This document shows positions 1 through 14,930 of a stretch of 64,000 nt of DNA, in pieces. The notes under the pieces are model-generated. The model had not been told where the DNA came from. It did not search any database and was given only the letters and a program-made list of their open reading frames with translations. This DNA comes from Flaccisagitta enflata (lineage: Eukaryota): the NCBI GenBank assembly GCA_965153355.1, contig OZ231126.1, forward strand, positions 35,402,001 through 35,466,000, read 5' to 3'. A program made the position numbers and the translations under genes. The first letter of the stretch is position 1. The number at the start of each line of letters is the position of its first letter.

Positions 1-552
1 AACCAGACCTTAAAAAAAAAGACTGAAAGTGGCTCAAAATGACCAAGAAAGACTTAAAATGACTTGAGATGACTTGAAATGACTAAAAATGACTCAAGAT
101 GACTTAAAATGATGCAAATTGACAAAAACTACAAAAGCCAAAAAATATCTTAGAGTGACTTAGAATGACTTTTAATAACTTAAAATGACTTATAATGACT
201 TAGAATGACTTAAAATGACTTAAAATGACTTAGCATGACTGAAAATGACTTAAAATGACTGATAATAACATAAAATGACAAAAAAGAAAAAACAAAAATG
301 ACAAAATGATCAAGATGATCAAGATGACTAAAAATGACTCAAAATGACTCAAAATGACTGGAAATTACATAAAATGATATGAAATGACTTGAAATGACCT
401 AAAATAACCTAATATGACATAAAATGACGCAAAACAACAAATAAAAGCAAAGTGTTACCGACCGACCAACTGCAGACCGACAGACCGACGGACCGACGGA
501 CCGACCGACCGACCGACAAAGCGGGTCATAGAGTCGCGTGCACGCAACTAAA
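1..552 (-). mobile_element. DINE-1/HINE-like element 5' part with an internal 10-bp tandem array (AAAATGACTT)n
   Basis: TTTTAGTTGCGTGCACGCGACTCTAT head, (GTCG/GTCC)n, then 10-mer satellite running off the window. Confidence 0.7.
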
Positions 553-636
553 AATGGGGAACACAATTTCAAAAAGTTGTCAATTGAAATTATAGTACTG
601 CGTCTGTGAGGAAAATTTTGCATTTTTAAAAACATA

Positions 637-1227
637 CTATCTAGGAAATAAATATACGGACACCTAATCAAGGTTATAGCAGCTAAACTTAAATACCCCA
701 TGAAAAAATGGAAGAAGATCAACAAACTATGACAAAAAATCTTCCATTCAAGACCAAGCAGAGCTTAGTGGCTCAATCCGTTGTCAAATGACAGCGTTTT
801 GAAGAAAAATAGTCATTTTACTAAAATTATATTTAGAGAGTTTCAATACAAATCTTCATAGGACAACCTTCATTAAAAGAGCTCTTAAATCTAAATGGAT
901 TGACCAAAATCATATTGCTTGGCCTCATTAGATCACATTTTTCATAAAACTTTTTGATTGTAGAAATAAAGGTTGCAGTGAAATATTTAACTATGACATT
1001 ATCAAATATAAAAAAAAAATTAAACTCATTTCATGATGTTTTTGTTGCTTAATAGGAAATTAGGGATACTCTGATTTAAGTGGAAAAATCATGGACCAAT
1101 CCAATAGAAACTCGAAACAGAGACACTTGATAGTTCAAAATACCATTTAATGACTGAAACATATTTTTCATTCAGTGAATGAAAAGGCTTTGTTTACTCC
1201 GGCTGTCTATATTTATTTCCTAGATAG
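637..1227. mobile_element. Tc1-type non-autonomous TIR element
   Basis: TIR CTATCTAGGAAATAAATATA, TA on both sides. Confidence 0.75.
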
Positions 1228-1486
1228 TAGCCGTTTTCTTATGTTTTAAAAAGAGGCCATGTTCTTGAAAATGCAAATTTCTTTATTTCTTTGCAGTTAT
1301 ATAATTTCACCTAACAGGAGTGAGAAGACAAACTATAATTTTCAACAAAAAATTTACTTTTTTCTACCTTTTTTTAATATATCGTGTACATCAAATCTGT
1401 ATTTTACAGATGATCTAAGCAAAAGTTTTTTGTTTAACCCTTAAAAAATGTTTTTTTTTTCAAAAAACAAAATTACAGAAAGATAA

Positions 1487-2919
1487 TCGGGAAAAAAGTC
1501 GAAGTCAGTCTTTGACTTTTTGACATATTCAAGAGAAACATGGTTTTCATTTTCTTTTGGGAAAATCTCGATCAACTGATTGGTCGTCAGACAAAATTGA
1601 TAGTGTAAGTAAATTTGATAATTCTCTTTCACTGTGCTTTTAAAAAAGTTCTCAGTGGAAAGTCATATAACTGTGGGTTTTTCTGCATTTTTGAGCAGTA
1701 TTGGGATATAAGAGCATGTAACTAGCAAAAATAAAATCATTCCCCGAGCGCTTTTTGAGTAATCTACAAAATAAAAAAAAATTAAACCTATTTGTAATGC
1801 AGATTCTAATGAGTTGTATTGGCTCATTTTTTGATTCTATAATGTTATTCTAAACAAAATTTCCTTTCATTCGATAGGTCACACTATATGGTTTTATATA
1901 AAAATTAAGTTTTCATATTTTGAGCCACCATTATTTTCTTGTAACAGTGACTCAAAAAATGAAATTTTTAATTCTTTGCATAAGTATAGAGTGCGACCTA
2001 TCAAATGAAAGGAAATTTTGCATAGATTAGCGATATAGAATCAAAAATTTAGTCAACACATCCCAGAAGAATCTGCATTGAAATTTGGTCTATTTTTTTC
2101 TGATTTTGAAGGTTACTCAAAAAGCGCTCAGGGAATGATTTTGTTTTTGCTAGTTATATGCTCTTACACCCCAATACTGCTCAAAAATACAGAAAAACCC
2201 ACAGATATATGACTTTTCACTCAGAATTGTTTTAAAAGCACAGTGCTTTCATTAAGTGCTAGGCAAAATGCTCTACAACAAATATTTTTTGCGTTATGAT
2301 TTTTTAAAAGATTTATTCATGAAGAATTCAAATTTAATTTTTTTCGATTTATTCTGATTTTAAGTAGGATCAGTAAAGGAGTGTATTTATGTTTGTTTGA
2401 GCATGCAAGTACAAGAAAACATGTTTTTGAGCATAGCTGCTTATCCGTGATGGCGTTTTTTAGCATTCTTGCTCATTTAGCTTATTTAATTCATTTTTTT
2501 TTTCTGATTTCAACTGCAATGAATATTTTGATACATGTTTAAGCAAACAAATAAATAAAGGCATGTCAGTGAGCATAGCTGGTGATTTTAAGTATTTCAG
2601 CTCACTTAGCTCATTTAGTTCAGTCTTTTTTCATTAACGGGATGAATAAATAAATGTTTTAATATTAGCATGCAAATACAAAAGAGCATGTCAGTGAGCA
2701 TAGTTGGTTATCTGGTTGTGTGATTTTGAGCATTTTGGTTCATCTAGCTCATTTGGCTCAGTCCTATTTTTCTCTGATTTTCAGTGCAATTAATACATAC
2801 AATTGCTTTTGATTTGATTTACCAAATAAAAATATTTGCAGTAATTGAAAATAAAAGCTTGTTGAAAAGTGACCAATGCTTACGACTTTTTTCCTCACGG
2901 CGACAGCCGGCATTACAGG
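1487..2919 (+). mobile_element. Non-autonomous Helitron-like element, subfamily A (contains a nested CAC-ended MITE)
   Basis: A|TCGGGAAAAAAGTCGAAG 5' end with hairpin; 3' CGACTTTTTTCC + GGCGACAGCCG hairpin + CAGG|T; no TSD. Confidence 0.8.
1630..2245. mobile_element. Fold-back MITE with CACTGTG termini and 4-bp TSD (CMC/Chapaev-like)
   Basis: Almost entirely an imperfect palindrome; CTTT duplicated at 1626-1629 and 2246-2249. Confidence 0.8.
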
Positions 2920-3026
2920 TATGAAAAATATCTAGAAATTGTAATGACGCATGAAATTTCTACTTCCTGTACAATGCGTCGTTACATAGAATCGAGTAGC
3001 GCACTACCAAAAATTGCCTTCCTTAC

Positions 3027-3271
3027 TTTCACTTTCAGGAACTTTCTTGCCAAACAAAATTGACAATGGACCCAAGTAGCCTTCACGGATGCCGAAGCGT
3101 ATCAAAGGATCGCGGTTGAGACTTCTGGCGGTTTTGCCCGTGAGTCGAACTTGATCAACAGGTTTCTCTAGCGATAAAGGGGCAAATTCGTCCAGCTGAA
3201 GCGGGTAGAATGTCGCATATTCCCCCGATGATGAGTGACGAAAAATAAGTACGAGTACCACCGACATCGCA
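3027..3271 (-). CDS. ABCA: ABCA-like transporter exon: end of TM1 and start of extracellular domain 1 (IAMSVVLVLIFRHSSSGEYATFYPLQLDEFAPL...)
   Basis: Acceptor cttttcag|, donor A|GTAAGG; in frame with previous exon; ATFYPLQLDEFAPL resembles ABCA3 ATIYPGQSIQELPL; gene continues left of the window. Confidence 0.8.
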
Positions 3272-3527
3272 CTGAAAAGAAGTTGAAAGGTAATCGTGTA
3301 TCAAGAGAGGTAAATTCGCTTTGCGTTTCAAAGAGCTTCAGACCAACAGAAAGTTTCAAGTTAAAGCAAATGAAAGCATGCAGGAGGGTGGAGGGGAGCG
3401 CGAGGAAGGGGTGACTGGGAGAGGCGGGCAAGGGAATTGAATACAGTGCAACCACCCATAATCGGAAGTCAAAGGACCAACAAATGTTATCTGTGATGAT
3501 AGATTTCCTTATAAGAAATACACTCGT

Positions 3528-3772
3528 TTTTTAGTTGCGGACACGCAACTCTTTAAGACTTTTTTTAAGAGACTTTGTACGTCTGTCAATCGGTCGGTCC
3601 GTCCGTCAGTCCGTTGGTCCGTGGTGATCAAGTCAAAAAGTGGAAAAATGAGTGTTTTGTATATTCGATTCCATGTTTGTGTGGGTGTGGGCGTGGATCT
3701 GGAGTATGGATGGGGGTTTGGTGTCCCTGCCCACCCGTCCGCAGCGATACTGTGACCCCGCGTCACTTGTTT
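3528..3772 (+). mobile_element. Short HINE-like element
   Basis: TTTTAGTTGCGGACACGCAACTCT head, (GTCC)n, CCTGCCCACCCGTCCGCA + GTGAC...GTCAC hairpin + TTGTT. Confidence 0.75.
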
Positions 3773-3914
3773 TTTTGTTTGTTTTCTTTTTAGTAAGGAT
3801 TAAGACACTAATTAAAAACCCCAGCCTAAAATCTGAGGAAAATTTGATATCATACTCTTTTTTTAATTTTTTACATGAACATGTATCTTCAGAAACAAAA
3901 TTATCATCAGTTCA

Positions 3915-5000
3915 TTGGGAAAAAAGTTGAAATGGATCTTCGACTTTTTGACATATTCAAGAAAAACATGGTTTTCATTTTCTTATGGAAAGATATAGAA
4001 TTCATTCATTCAAGTGATTGGGTAAGTAAATTTTATAGTTCTCTTTCATGTGGCACCAAGCAGGATGTTTTACAACCAATACATTTTGAATAATGATTTT
4101 TTTATATTTTTTTAAAATCATTTAGCTCAATTGTTTTTTTTTATCTAAATGCAATAAATTAATATAATAGATATATTGCTGCATGTTTGAGCATGCAAAC
4201 ACAAGAAAAAAAGGGTATGAGCAAAGCTGCTCATCTAGAAGGGTGTTTTCCAGAATTTTAGCTTATTTACTATCTAGGAAATAAGTAATGCAACAGCTTT
4301 GGACTACGATAAGTCGGCTTTTAGATAAAATTTTGACCTTTTCTATGTGGGATTTTGAATCTACATCAAATTTTCTTTAAATCTAGCGCAATCCCAGAAT
4401 TCTTGGTCAATCTTTTTAGGCAAGAAGATGTAAAAATGTTGCTTTTTAAAAATCATGAAAATGTTACATTTTTTTCGCTACTCATTTGTGATATCTTGAG
4501 GGTAGCAAAGACTACACAAAGATGAAGATCAGATGTGACAAGGGGTTGAGGTGTAGCCTTGCAACTTGCCTAATCTTAATCCAAATGAAGAGTCAGATGA
4601 TAAACTCACAGCAAAAACACAGAGCAACAGAAATTGCAGGATTGAAAAAAAATTACATGGAAGGTCCAGAGATATCTCACACAAGATTATTTAAAAAACG
4701 CTCTACTAATCAATGCCAAGAAGAATAAAAGCCTTCATTCAGGCCCAGGAGAGGCACAGCAAATACTAATTAGCTTGAATTGACTTTTTTTGTATTGTAT
4801 TGGCAAATGATTTAACTTATACCCTAGGTGTTGCAATACTTATTTCCTAGGTAGTAGCTCACTCAGTTTATTTAGCTTAAACCTTTTCTTTCCTGATTTG
4901 ATTGAGATCAAAAAAGAAACTATTGATGCATGAATGAGAGTATGAAGATGCTTTTGAATTTTTTAGCTCATTAGGCTCATTTAGTTCAGTCCATTTGTTT
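3915..5000 (+). mobile_element. Helitron-like subfamily A, 3'-truncated and degenerate
   Basis: 5' end TTGGGAAAAAAGTTGAA...CTTCGACTTTTTGACA and internal repeats shared with other copies; interrupted by a Tc1 remnant. Confidence 0.65.
4270..4854 (+). mobile_element. Internally deleted Tc1 element with a transposase C-terminal remnant
   Basis: TA-flanked TIR CTATCTAGGAAATAAGTA; remnant PCNLPNLNPNE (cf. WPxxSPDLNPIE) and SMPRRIKAFIQAQERHSKY* ending near 4769. Confidence 0.85.
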
Positions 5001-5022
5001 TTGAACCGTTATACAAGCATGG

Positions 5023-6060
5023 AAACACAGATACAAAAATCTGAACAGTATCTGGGTCCGCGACGGAGGGGGTTAAAGATCACCAATTCCACAAGATCGC
5101 TATGACCAAAAGATCGCTAACCCTGTAAGTTCCCTAAAACTTTACATTTAGAGCCTCCATACAAAGTTTCATGCAAATCCGTTTAAAAATGGCAAAGACA
5201 TGCACGTTTTTCACTTTGAGGCTAGTAGGGTGGTTGGGTGGTAGGCTGGTTTGGATAAATAGTGTGCATATGCTGAGTTCTTCCATTTAAAGACTCCATA
5301 CCAAGTTTCAACCAAATTGGTTGAAAAATGTCCAATTTATGCAAGTTTTTCACTTTTAGACCAGTAAGCTGATTGGGTGGTAGGTCGGTTTGACCAGTTA
5401 GCATGCTCAAACATAAATAAATCACATACATGTGTTGAGTCCTTCCATTTAGAGACTCCATACCAAATTTCAACCAAATTGTTTGAAAAACGCCAAAGAT
5501 ATGCACATTTTTCACTTTTAGGCTAGTAGGCTAGTTGGGTGATAGGCTGGTTTGACAGGATAAATAGTGTGCATATGTTGAGTTCTTCCATTTAGAGACT
5601 CCATACCAAGTTTCAACCAAATTAGTTGAAAAATGACAGTTATGCAAGTTTTTCACTTTTTGGTCGGTAGGCTGGTTGGGTGGTAGGTTGGTTTGGCCGG
5701 TTAGCATGCTCAAACGCATATAAATCACATACATATGTTGAGTCCTTCCATTTAGAGACTCCATACCAAATTTTAACCAAATTGGTTGAAAAATGCCAAA
5801 GTTATGCACGTTTTTCACTTTTAGGCCGGTAGGCTGGTTGGGCTGGTTGGGTTGGTCGGATCATGAAAATCGGATAGGATGTAAAGCGCCTTACCCTAGT
5901 ACAACTTCCCACCAAATATCCACTAAATCGGTCAAAGCATAAAAAAAGTATCCATTTTTTAAAATCCGTAACAACGATGACAACGACAACAACAACGACA
6001 ACGACACCCACCTGCCTTGAATTATAGTCCGCGTTGGAATGATATTCCGTCGCGGACAAA
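5023..6060 (-). mobile_element. DINE-1/HINE-like element with central ~140/160-bp tandem repeats
   Basis: 5' GTCCGCGACGGA...CGCGGAC hairpin, 3' TCCGTCGCGGAC subTIR + CAGATAC...GTATCTG hairpin, T-rich flanks. Confidence 0.78.
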
Positions 6061-6633
6061 AACAGAGAATATTACAGTGACTGAAAACAAAAAATTGGTA
6101 CAGAATGGCCAACGTATAAGACTTTTTTCCACAGCGGTAACCGCAATTACTGGCAACTAAGAACTGACATGAAGGGACCAAAATTCCATGGCCATTATAG
6201 GCGGATTTCCGTTACTCTCGGATTCGGTATAGCGGGGTGTTACCGTGAAATGGTGGATATGCTTGACCGAGAACGTATGGCCAGAAGAACAAGCCCAACA
6301 GGCCAACAGTCGCGTGCTAAGTTACACAAAACTATACAACTTCATACTACACACAACTACATAACTTCATACTACATACTTAACATACTACATACTTACA
6401 AACTACATACTTACTTACATACTTACATACTTACATACTTACATAATTACATACTTACCTAATTACATACTTACATATTTTCATACTTACATCCATACTT
6501 ACATATTTACTTACATACTTACATACATACTACATACATACTTACTTACATACTTACTTACATACATACTTACATACTTACATACTTACTTACATACTTA
6601 CATACTTACTTACTTACATACTTACATACATAC

Positions 6634-6664
<31 letters not shown>

Positions 6665-7473
6665 CATACATACATACATACATACATACATACATACATA
6701 CATACATACATACATACATACATACATACTTACTTACATATTTACATACTTACATACATACTTACTTACATACTTACATACTTACTTACATACTTACATA
6801 CCTACATACTTACTTACATACTTACTTACATACTTACATACTTACCTACATACTCACATACTTACATACTTACATACTTACATAATTACCTACATACTCA
6901 CATACTTACATACTTACATACTTACATACATACTTACGTACTTACATACTTACATACTTACATACTTACATACTTACATACTTACATACTTACTTACATA
7001 CTTACATACTTACATACTTACCTACATACTCACATACTTACATACTTACTTACTTACATACTTACTTACTTACATACTTACATATTTACATACATACATA
7101 CTTACATACTTACATACTTACTTACATACTTACTTACATACTTACTTACATACATACTTATACCTACATACTTACATACCTACATACTTACATACATACT
7201 AACTTACATACATACATACTTACCTACATACTCACATACTTACATACTTACGTACTTACATACATACTTACATACTTACATACTTACATACTTACATACT
7301 TACCTACATACTCACATACTTACTTACATGCTTACTTACTTACATACTTACTTACTTACATACTTACATATTTACATACATACATTCTTACATACTTACT
7401 TACATACTTACATACTTACTTACATACTTACTTACATACTTACATACCTACATACTTACATACATACATACCT

Positions 7474-8778
<1,305 letters not shown>

Positions 8779-9367
8779 ACATACATACATACTTACCTAC
8801 ATACTCACATACTTACATACATACTCACATACTTATATACTTATGTACTTACATACATACTTACATACTTATATACTTACATACTTACGTACTTACATAC
8901 TTACATACTTACTTACATACTTACATACTTACACACCTACATACTTACCTACATACTCACATACTTACTTACATGCTTACTTACTTACATACTTACTTAC
9001 TTACATACTTATATATTTACATACATACATTCTTACATACTTACTTACATACTTACTTACATACTTACATACTTACATACCTACATACTTACATACCTAC
9101 ATACTTACATACATACATACATACATACATACTTACCTACATACTCACATACTTACATACATACTCACATACTTATATACTTATGTACTTACATACATAC
9201 TTACATACTTATATACTTACATACTTACATACTTACATACTTACCTACATACTCACATACTTACATACTTACGTACTTACATACTTACATACTTACTTAC
9301 ATACTTACATACTTACCTACATACTCACATACTTACATACTTACCTACATACTCACATACTTACATA

Positions 9368-9706
9368 CCATATTTTCTCCATTTATCGCCCCCCCTCCAA
9401 TTAACGCCCCCCCCCCCCCTTTGAGCTCTCTAGAACAGCAATTTGGAAGAAGGTGAAATAGCAAATAATCTTTAAAAGTAGAAAGATTTTGCCTGTTTCA
9501 GCGGGTTTTTTTTCAAGGATTGAATAAAAAACAAGCAAGATACATTTTATCTTATCTTTATCTTATATCCTAAGTAGCATTTTTTGTGAAAAACATATAA
9601 TTAGAGAGTTCTCACAGATCAAAAAGGGGCGTTAATTGGAGGGTAGAATGACAATATATTTTTTCAATTTCAAAAGCGCCCGGGGCGCTAATTAGAGAAA
9701 ATACGG
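9368..9706. mobile_element. pogo/Tc1-mariner-type MITE
   Basis: TA|CCATATTTTCTC...GAGAAAATACGG|TA. Confidence 0.7.
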
Positions 9707-10643
9707 TACTTACATACTTACATGCTTACTTACTTACATACTTACATACTTACTTACATACTTGCATATTTACATACTTACATACATGCATGCTTACTTA
9801 CTTACATACTTACATACTTACTTACATACATATTTACATACTTACATACATACTTACATACTTACATACTTACTTACATACTTACTTACACACTTACATA
9901 CTTACATACTTACATACTTACATACTTACATACTACAACTTCGTACTTCATAACGTCTGTCCCAAAAAAAGTTACATTCTGAACCAATAACGGGTGTCCA
10001 ATAAAAAGTTGACAAAATACCCAAAAATACCCAAAAATACCCAAAAATACCCAAAAATACCCAAAAATACCCAAAAACACTTAAAAATACCTCATACTCA
10101 AAAATACTCAAAAATACCCAAAAGTACTCAAAAATATCTGAAAGTACCCAAAAATACCTTAAGTACCTAAAATAACTTAAGTACCCTAAAATACCCTGAA
10201 GTACCCTAAAGTACCCAGAAATACCCTAGAGTACCTTAAAATACCTTAAAAAACCTTAAAAAGTCATAATTTTAAAAACGTGACCTACCGACCGACCTAC
10301 CGACCTACCGACCGACACGGCAAGGTGTAGAGTCGCGTGCACGCGACTAATAAACCCGAACCAATAAGGCTGCTTTTTGGCCTTGGAAGTCGAGCTTCAA
10401 TCCTTATGACTCTAATGAGTAAACCTCATAATCGATGACTGAATAAATCATCCAAGGATAGCACATGGTCAGCGGTACCCGATGCCTTGCATGGAGTGAT
10501 CAGCTGGAGAAGTGGAGTGAGGGCCGGGCAGCGGCCCCAAAAGGCTGATGCTGAGTAGGACAAAGGGGTGAGTTTTTGGGCAGCAACCCCATAGGGGACG
10601 AAGTCCTGTAGAATACAGGGGACTTTTGTTCGTCCGTGAGTCC

Positions 10644-10830
10644 CTCCAGGCCCTCTCAGGCCTGAAATCTGCCCTCAGAGAGCTGAAATCTACCCTCTCA
10701 GGCCTGAAATCTGCCCTTTAAGGCCTTGAATCTTCCTTCTCAGACCTTGAATCTGCCCTCTGATCTGAGGCCTGAAATCTGCCCTCTCAGGCCTGAAATC
10801 TGCCCTCTCAGGCCCTCTCAGGCCAAAAAT
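10644..10830. repeat. 21-bp minisatellite (CCTCTCAGGCCTGAAATCTGC)n
   Basis: Direct inspection. Confidence 0.85.
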
Positions 10831-10878
10831 CTGCCCTTTCGGATGGGACAGACGGACAAATGCCCTGCTGCCCTGCTT

Positions 10879-10909
<31 letters not shown>

Positions 10910-11039
10910 TAATCATGCAAAGCAGGGCAACGGGTATCGCTGACCACATATTGCCCTTAGGCGACCCGTTATTGTCCTGAGAGGGCGTATTTTAGGCCAT
11001 TGGGGCAATTTTCTATATCATTCAATGGGAGTTTTGTAT

Positions 11040-11200
11040 TTTTAGTTGCAGACACGCAACTCTATAAGAGGCTTTGTCCGTCCGTCCATCCGTCCGTCCG
11101 TCACGCTCGGGTTGTCACGCTCGAGTTAAAAAGTGGGAAAACGCCCACTTCCGCCCCTGCCCACCCGTCTTCAACTGGTGGCCGTGTATCCGGCCTTGTT
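11040..11200 (+). mobile_element. Short HINE-like element
   Basis: Same head; tail CAACT-GGTGGCCGTGTATCCGGCC-TTGTT. Confidence 0.78.
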
Positions 11201-11261
11201 TCTGTTTCTCATCTGTTACAAGAATGATGACTACCCTCGGCTTACAGGCTAACTGGCTTAC

Positions 11262-11483
11262 ATCATTAGGAGGGGAAAAATTAAACCACAATAGTAGCAG
11301 CAGGGTCTTCGATGAGAAATTTTGAAGTTCTTGACAACGAGAAGCTTGAACACTTTCCAAAATTTGCGCCGAGGCAACGGCTTTGGCTTTTCCTTTTCTC
11401 CTTCGTCGAAAGCATTTTCGTTGAGGCTTTTCTTCGGTGGCGACCTGGAAGCTTCTTCCGTGTTTTGGAGGTCGGACGAGTAC
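11262..11483 (-). CDS. ABCA: ABCA-like transporter exon: N-terminal helix and start of TM1 (RKFWKVFKLLVVKNFKISHRRPCCYYCGLIFPLLM)
   Basis: Acceptor ggcgtag|, donor AT|GTAAGC, 222 nt phase 2-2; matches the ABCA N-terminal pattern xLxLLLWKNxxxxxRxxxxxxxExxxPLL. Confidence 0.85.
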
Positions 11484-11567
11484 CTACGCCATAAGTCACG
11501 AGAGAACAAGCAGGTCACGTGAAGACAATTTCATTATTTTATCAGTTCTTCATTCAAGGGATATAGG

Positions 11568-11869
<302 letters not shown>

Positions 11870-11931
11870 GAGCGTGACGGAAGTGGGGGCTGACGGTTGG
11901 ATGGGCAGAGAGACGGAAAACAATGAAGTTA

Positions 11932-12797
11932 TCGGGAAAAAAGTCGAAGTCAGTCTTCGACTTTTTGACATATTTGAGAGAAACATGGTTTTCATTTTCT
12001 TATGCGAAAGTTTAACATCTTGATCGACAAATTCCACCTTTTAACAAAATTGATAGGATAAGTAAATTTGAAAATTCTCTTTTATTTCGCAATAAGCAGA
12101 ATGCTCGATGACAAATATTTCTTGCGTTATGATTTTTTTGAAGATTTCTATACACAAAATTCGAATAGAATTTTTTTAAATTTTTTTTTATTTGAAGTAG
12201 GATCAATGAAGAAGTGTGTTTATGTTTGTTTGAGTATGCAAATACAAGAAAACATGTTTATGAGCATAGCTGCTCATCTGCGAGGGTATTTTTGAACATT
12301 TTAGCTCATTTAGCTCACTTAACTCATTTTGCTTATTTTTTTTTATTTCAAATGCTATAAACAAATAAATGTTTTGATACATGTTTGAGCATGCAAACAC
12401 AAAAAAGTATGCTTGCAAGTATAGCTCCTCATCTGTGAGGGTGTTTTTGAGTATTTTAGCTCATTTAGCTAAGTTTTTTTATATTCAAAATAGGATAGAT
12501 AAAAGAGATGAATAAATGGGATAGATAAATGGGATAGATAAATGGGATAGATAAATACAGGAAAGCATTTTAGTAAGCGAAGTTGGTCATCTATTTAAGT
12601 GATTTGGAGTATTATAGTTCATCTAGCTCATTTGGCTCAGTCTTATTTTTTTCTGATTACCAGTGCAATCAATAAATACAATTGCTCTTATTTAAATCTA
12701 ATTAATAAGAAAATTGCAATGATTGAAGATGAAAACTTAGCAAAAAGTGACCAAAGTTTAAGACTTTTTTCCTCAAGGCGACAGCCGCCATTACTGG
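11932..12797 (+). mobile_element. Helitron-like subfamily A, full length
   Basis: A|TCGGG...; ends GGCGACAGCCGCCATTACTGG. Confidence 0.82.
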
Positions 12798-13114
12798 CAC
12801 TTGACGAAACGTCATCACAAACACCGGTAGTAGAACATGTAATGATTTATGAATAATATATCAATACTCGTCTCTCTCTTCCCCCTCTATTTCTCCAATG
12901 AAGATGGTAATGAAATCATAATCATCATTAGTGAAAAATTTAGTTAAAATGAAAAAAGAATTTTAACCCAGAACCTTTAAACTGCAATGAATTCGTTATG
13001 GATTAATCCGCTAAAGCATTTTGGTTCCATAGCCAAGGCTGGCCTGATTCACAGATCAGTGTTCGTGCTTCTATGATAGTTCAAAAACAAATCTGGAAAA
13101 AGTGCCTTACGTAC

Positions 13115-13167
13115 CTATTCACGGATGCCGTGCTGTCGTCGTATTTGACAGAGAAAAAATTGGCCAT
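13115..13167 (-). CDS. ABCA: ABCA-like transporter, first coding exon (MANFFSVKYDDSTASVN)
   Basis: ATG in AAAATGG context at 13167, upstream acceptor ttctag| at 13217, donor AG|GTACGT at 13114; phase 2 joins in frame to exon 11483-11262. Confidence 0.7.
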
Positions 13168-13792
13168 TTTTATCAGCGGTCTAAATTCGTTGTGAATCTG
13201 AATCAGTTCGAGTTTGGCTAGAATTGAGTAAAGAAAGAATGTTCAGAGATGATATAAGGATTGGCCAATATACTCGCTGTGAATACACGAGTGCACGCGC
13301 GCAATTGAACAGAAGTAGGTGGTAGAGTGACTGTTGTGTAATATGTATCGTGCAACACTCGGTTGGTTGTTAGTAGTATGGAGATGCTTGAAAATTCACG
13401 GTCACTTTTTGGGGAAATATTACTAAAATAGGCTTCATTAGGCATTTGTAAAGATAGATGTTCAAAGAAATATTAACCGAGTTCATTTCTAAGGTATTAC
13501 AGACAGTGTTAATTAGTCAGAAATCGGGTTCGTTTCCGCGAACTTCTCTCTGAAGCTTTTAAGCCACTCAGTAGTTTTCATACTAACATGCCATGAAAAG
13601 ACGCGATTAGTAGAAAAGGTTCGCATCGGAGAAAATATGTTTTGAAAACAGTCTCAGAGGCAGAGTAAAGTTTCCACTATCATATATGTATGAAGCTCGC
13701 AGACGGAAAAAAATTTAGACCCTCGCCTATAGGTTCAAAGTTAAGAGAGTTTTTGGCATTTTCTTACGATTGCGTTTCTTGTTTTTCATCGC

Positions 13793-13915
13793 TTTTTAGG
13801 TGCGACAAAGCACCTCTATAACTGGCTGTGTCCGTTGGTTGGTTGGTCGGTCTGTCGGTAACGCATTCGTTCGACGATCCGCACGTCGCACCTTATTGGC
13901 CTACTTGGCCTTGTT
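13793..13915 (+). mobile_element. Short HINE-like element, AGGTGCG variant (other copies 33707-33817 and 48693-48811, minus strand)
   Basis: Head AGGTGCGACAAAGCACCT, tail GTCGCACCT + GGCC hairpin; three near-identical copies. Confidence 0.78.
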
Positions 13916-14125
13916 TCATCATTTCCTGATCGTCTCATGTGTGATCAATCATACATCTGCCTCTGTATGCATATCAACTGCTCATAACAGAGTAAACCCC
14001 AGTGACGATGTGTATATCAAACTCGTTTTAGAGCGGAAATAAGTCGTTTTCCAACGATAATGTTAATAACTTGAAACGGTTACGTGTCCGTTTACTATTG
14101 TTAGTCTGTTAGTCCGAGACTCTGG

Positions 14126-14254
<129 letters not shown>

Positions 14255-14540
14255 AGCTCACAGATTTAAGTCAGATACGAATGAACTGAGACCATTAGTG
14301 CACAAATCAAGCAGTGACTAATTGGACTTATTGTGTTCATCGCGAGTTCTTTGAATATTAACGAGAAATTCAGTTAATTACAAATGATTAACTTAATGGC
14401 GAATTAATCTCCTTCAGTTCCTCCCACCGATGGCGCAACATATGCGTCCGGTAATCGTTTTTTTTTTTTCAACTTAGCTCTGTCCTTTCCTCTTCGTCTC
14501 TTTTCTTGTTTTACCTGTGTGTTTGTGTGGGTGTGGGTGT

Positions 14541-14690
<150 letters not shown>

Positions 14691-14778
14691 GCACCGCCCC
14701 TGCCAAACCGTCCGTGACTAAATTGCCGTGTATCCGGCCTTGTTTATGCATAAACTACAAATTAATGACAAAAATAAA

Positions 14779-14930
14779 AACAAGGCCGGATACACGGCCA
14801 TACCAGTTGCGGACGGGTGGACAAGGCCGGAAATGCGCGTTTTACACTTTTCGACTCATGCACACCAACGGACCGACGGACGGACGGACGGACAAAGGCT
14901 CTTATAGAGTTGCGTGTCCGCAACTAAAAA
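14779..14930 (-). mobile_element. Short HINE-like element
   Basis: Reverse complement of the 11040-11200 type. Confidence 0.78.

Noticed and set aside
1630-2245. CACAGTG resembling a V(D)J recombination-signal heptamer
   Set aside because: Termini read CACTGTG inward, TSD is 4 bp, no convincing 12/23-spaced nonamers and no RAG-like ORF
3004-3267. ORF resembling an RFamide neuropeptide precursor (hydrophobic start, RDPLIRFG, SILFGKK)
   Set aside because: It splices in frame to the upstream exon as ABCA TM1 plus extracellular domain; RFG lacks a following dibasic site
5144-5860. Regularly spaced repeats suggestive of a CRISPR array
   Set aside because: Intervening sequence is itself repeated; eukaryotic context; no cas genes
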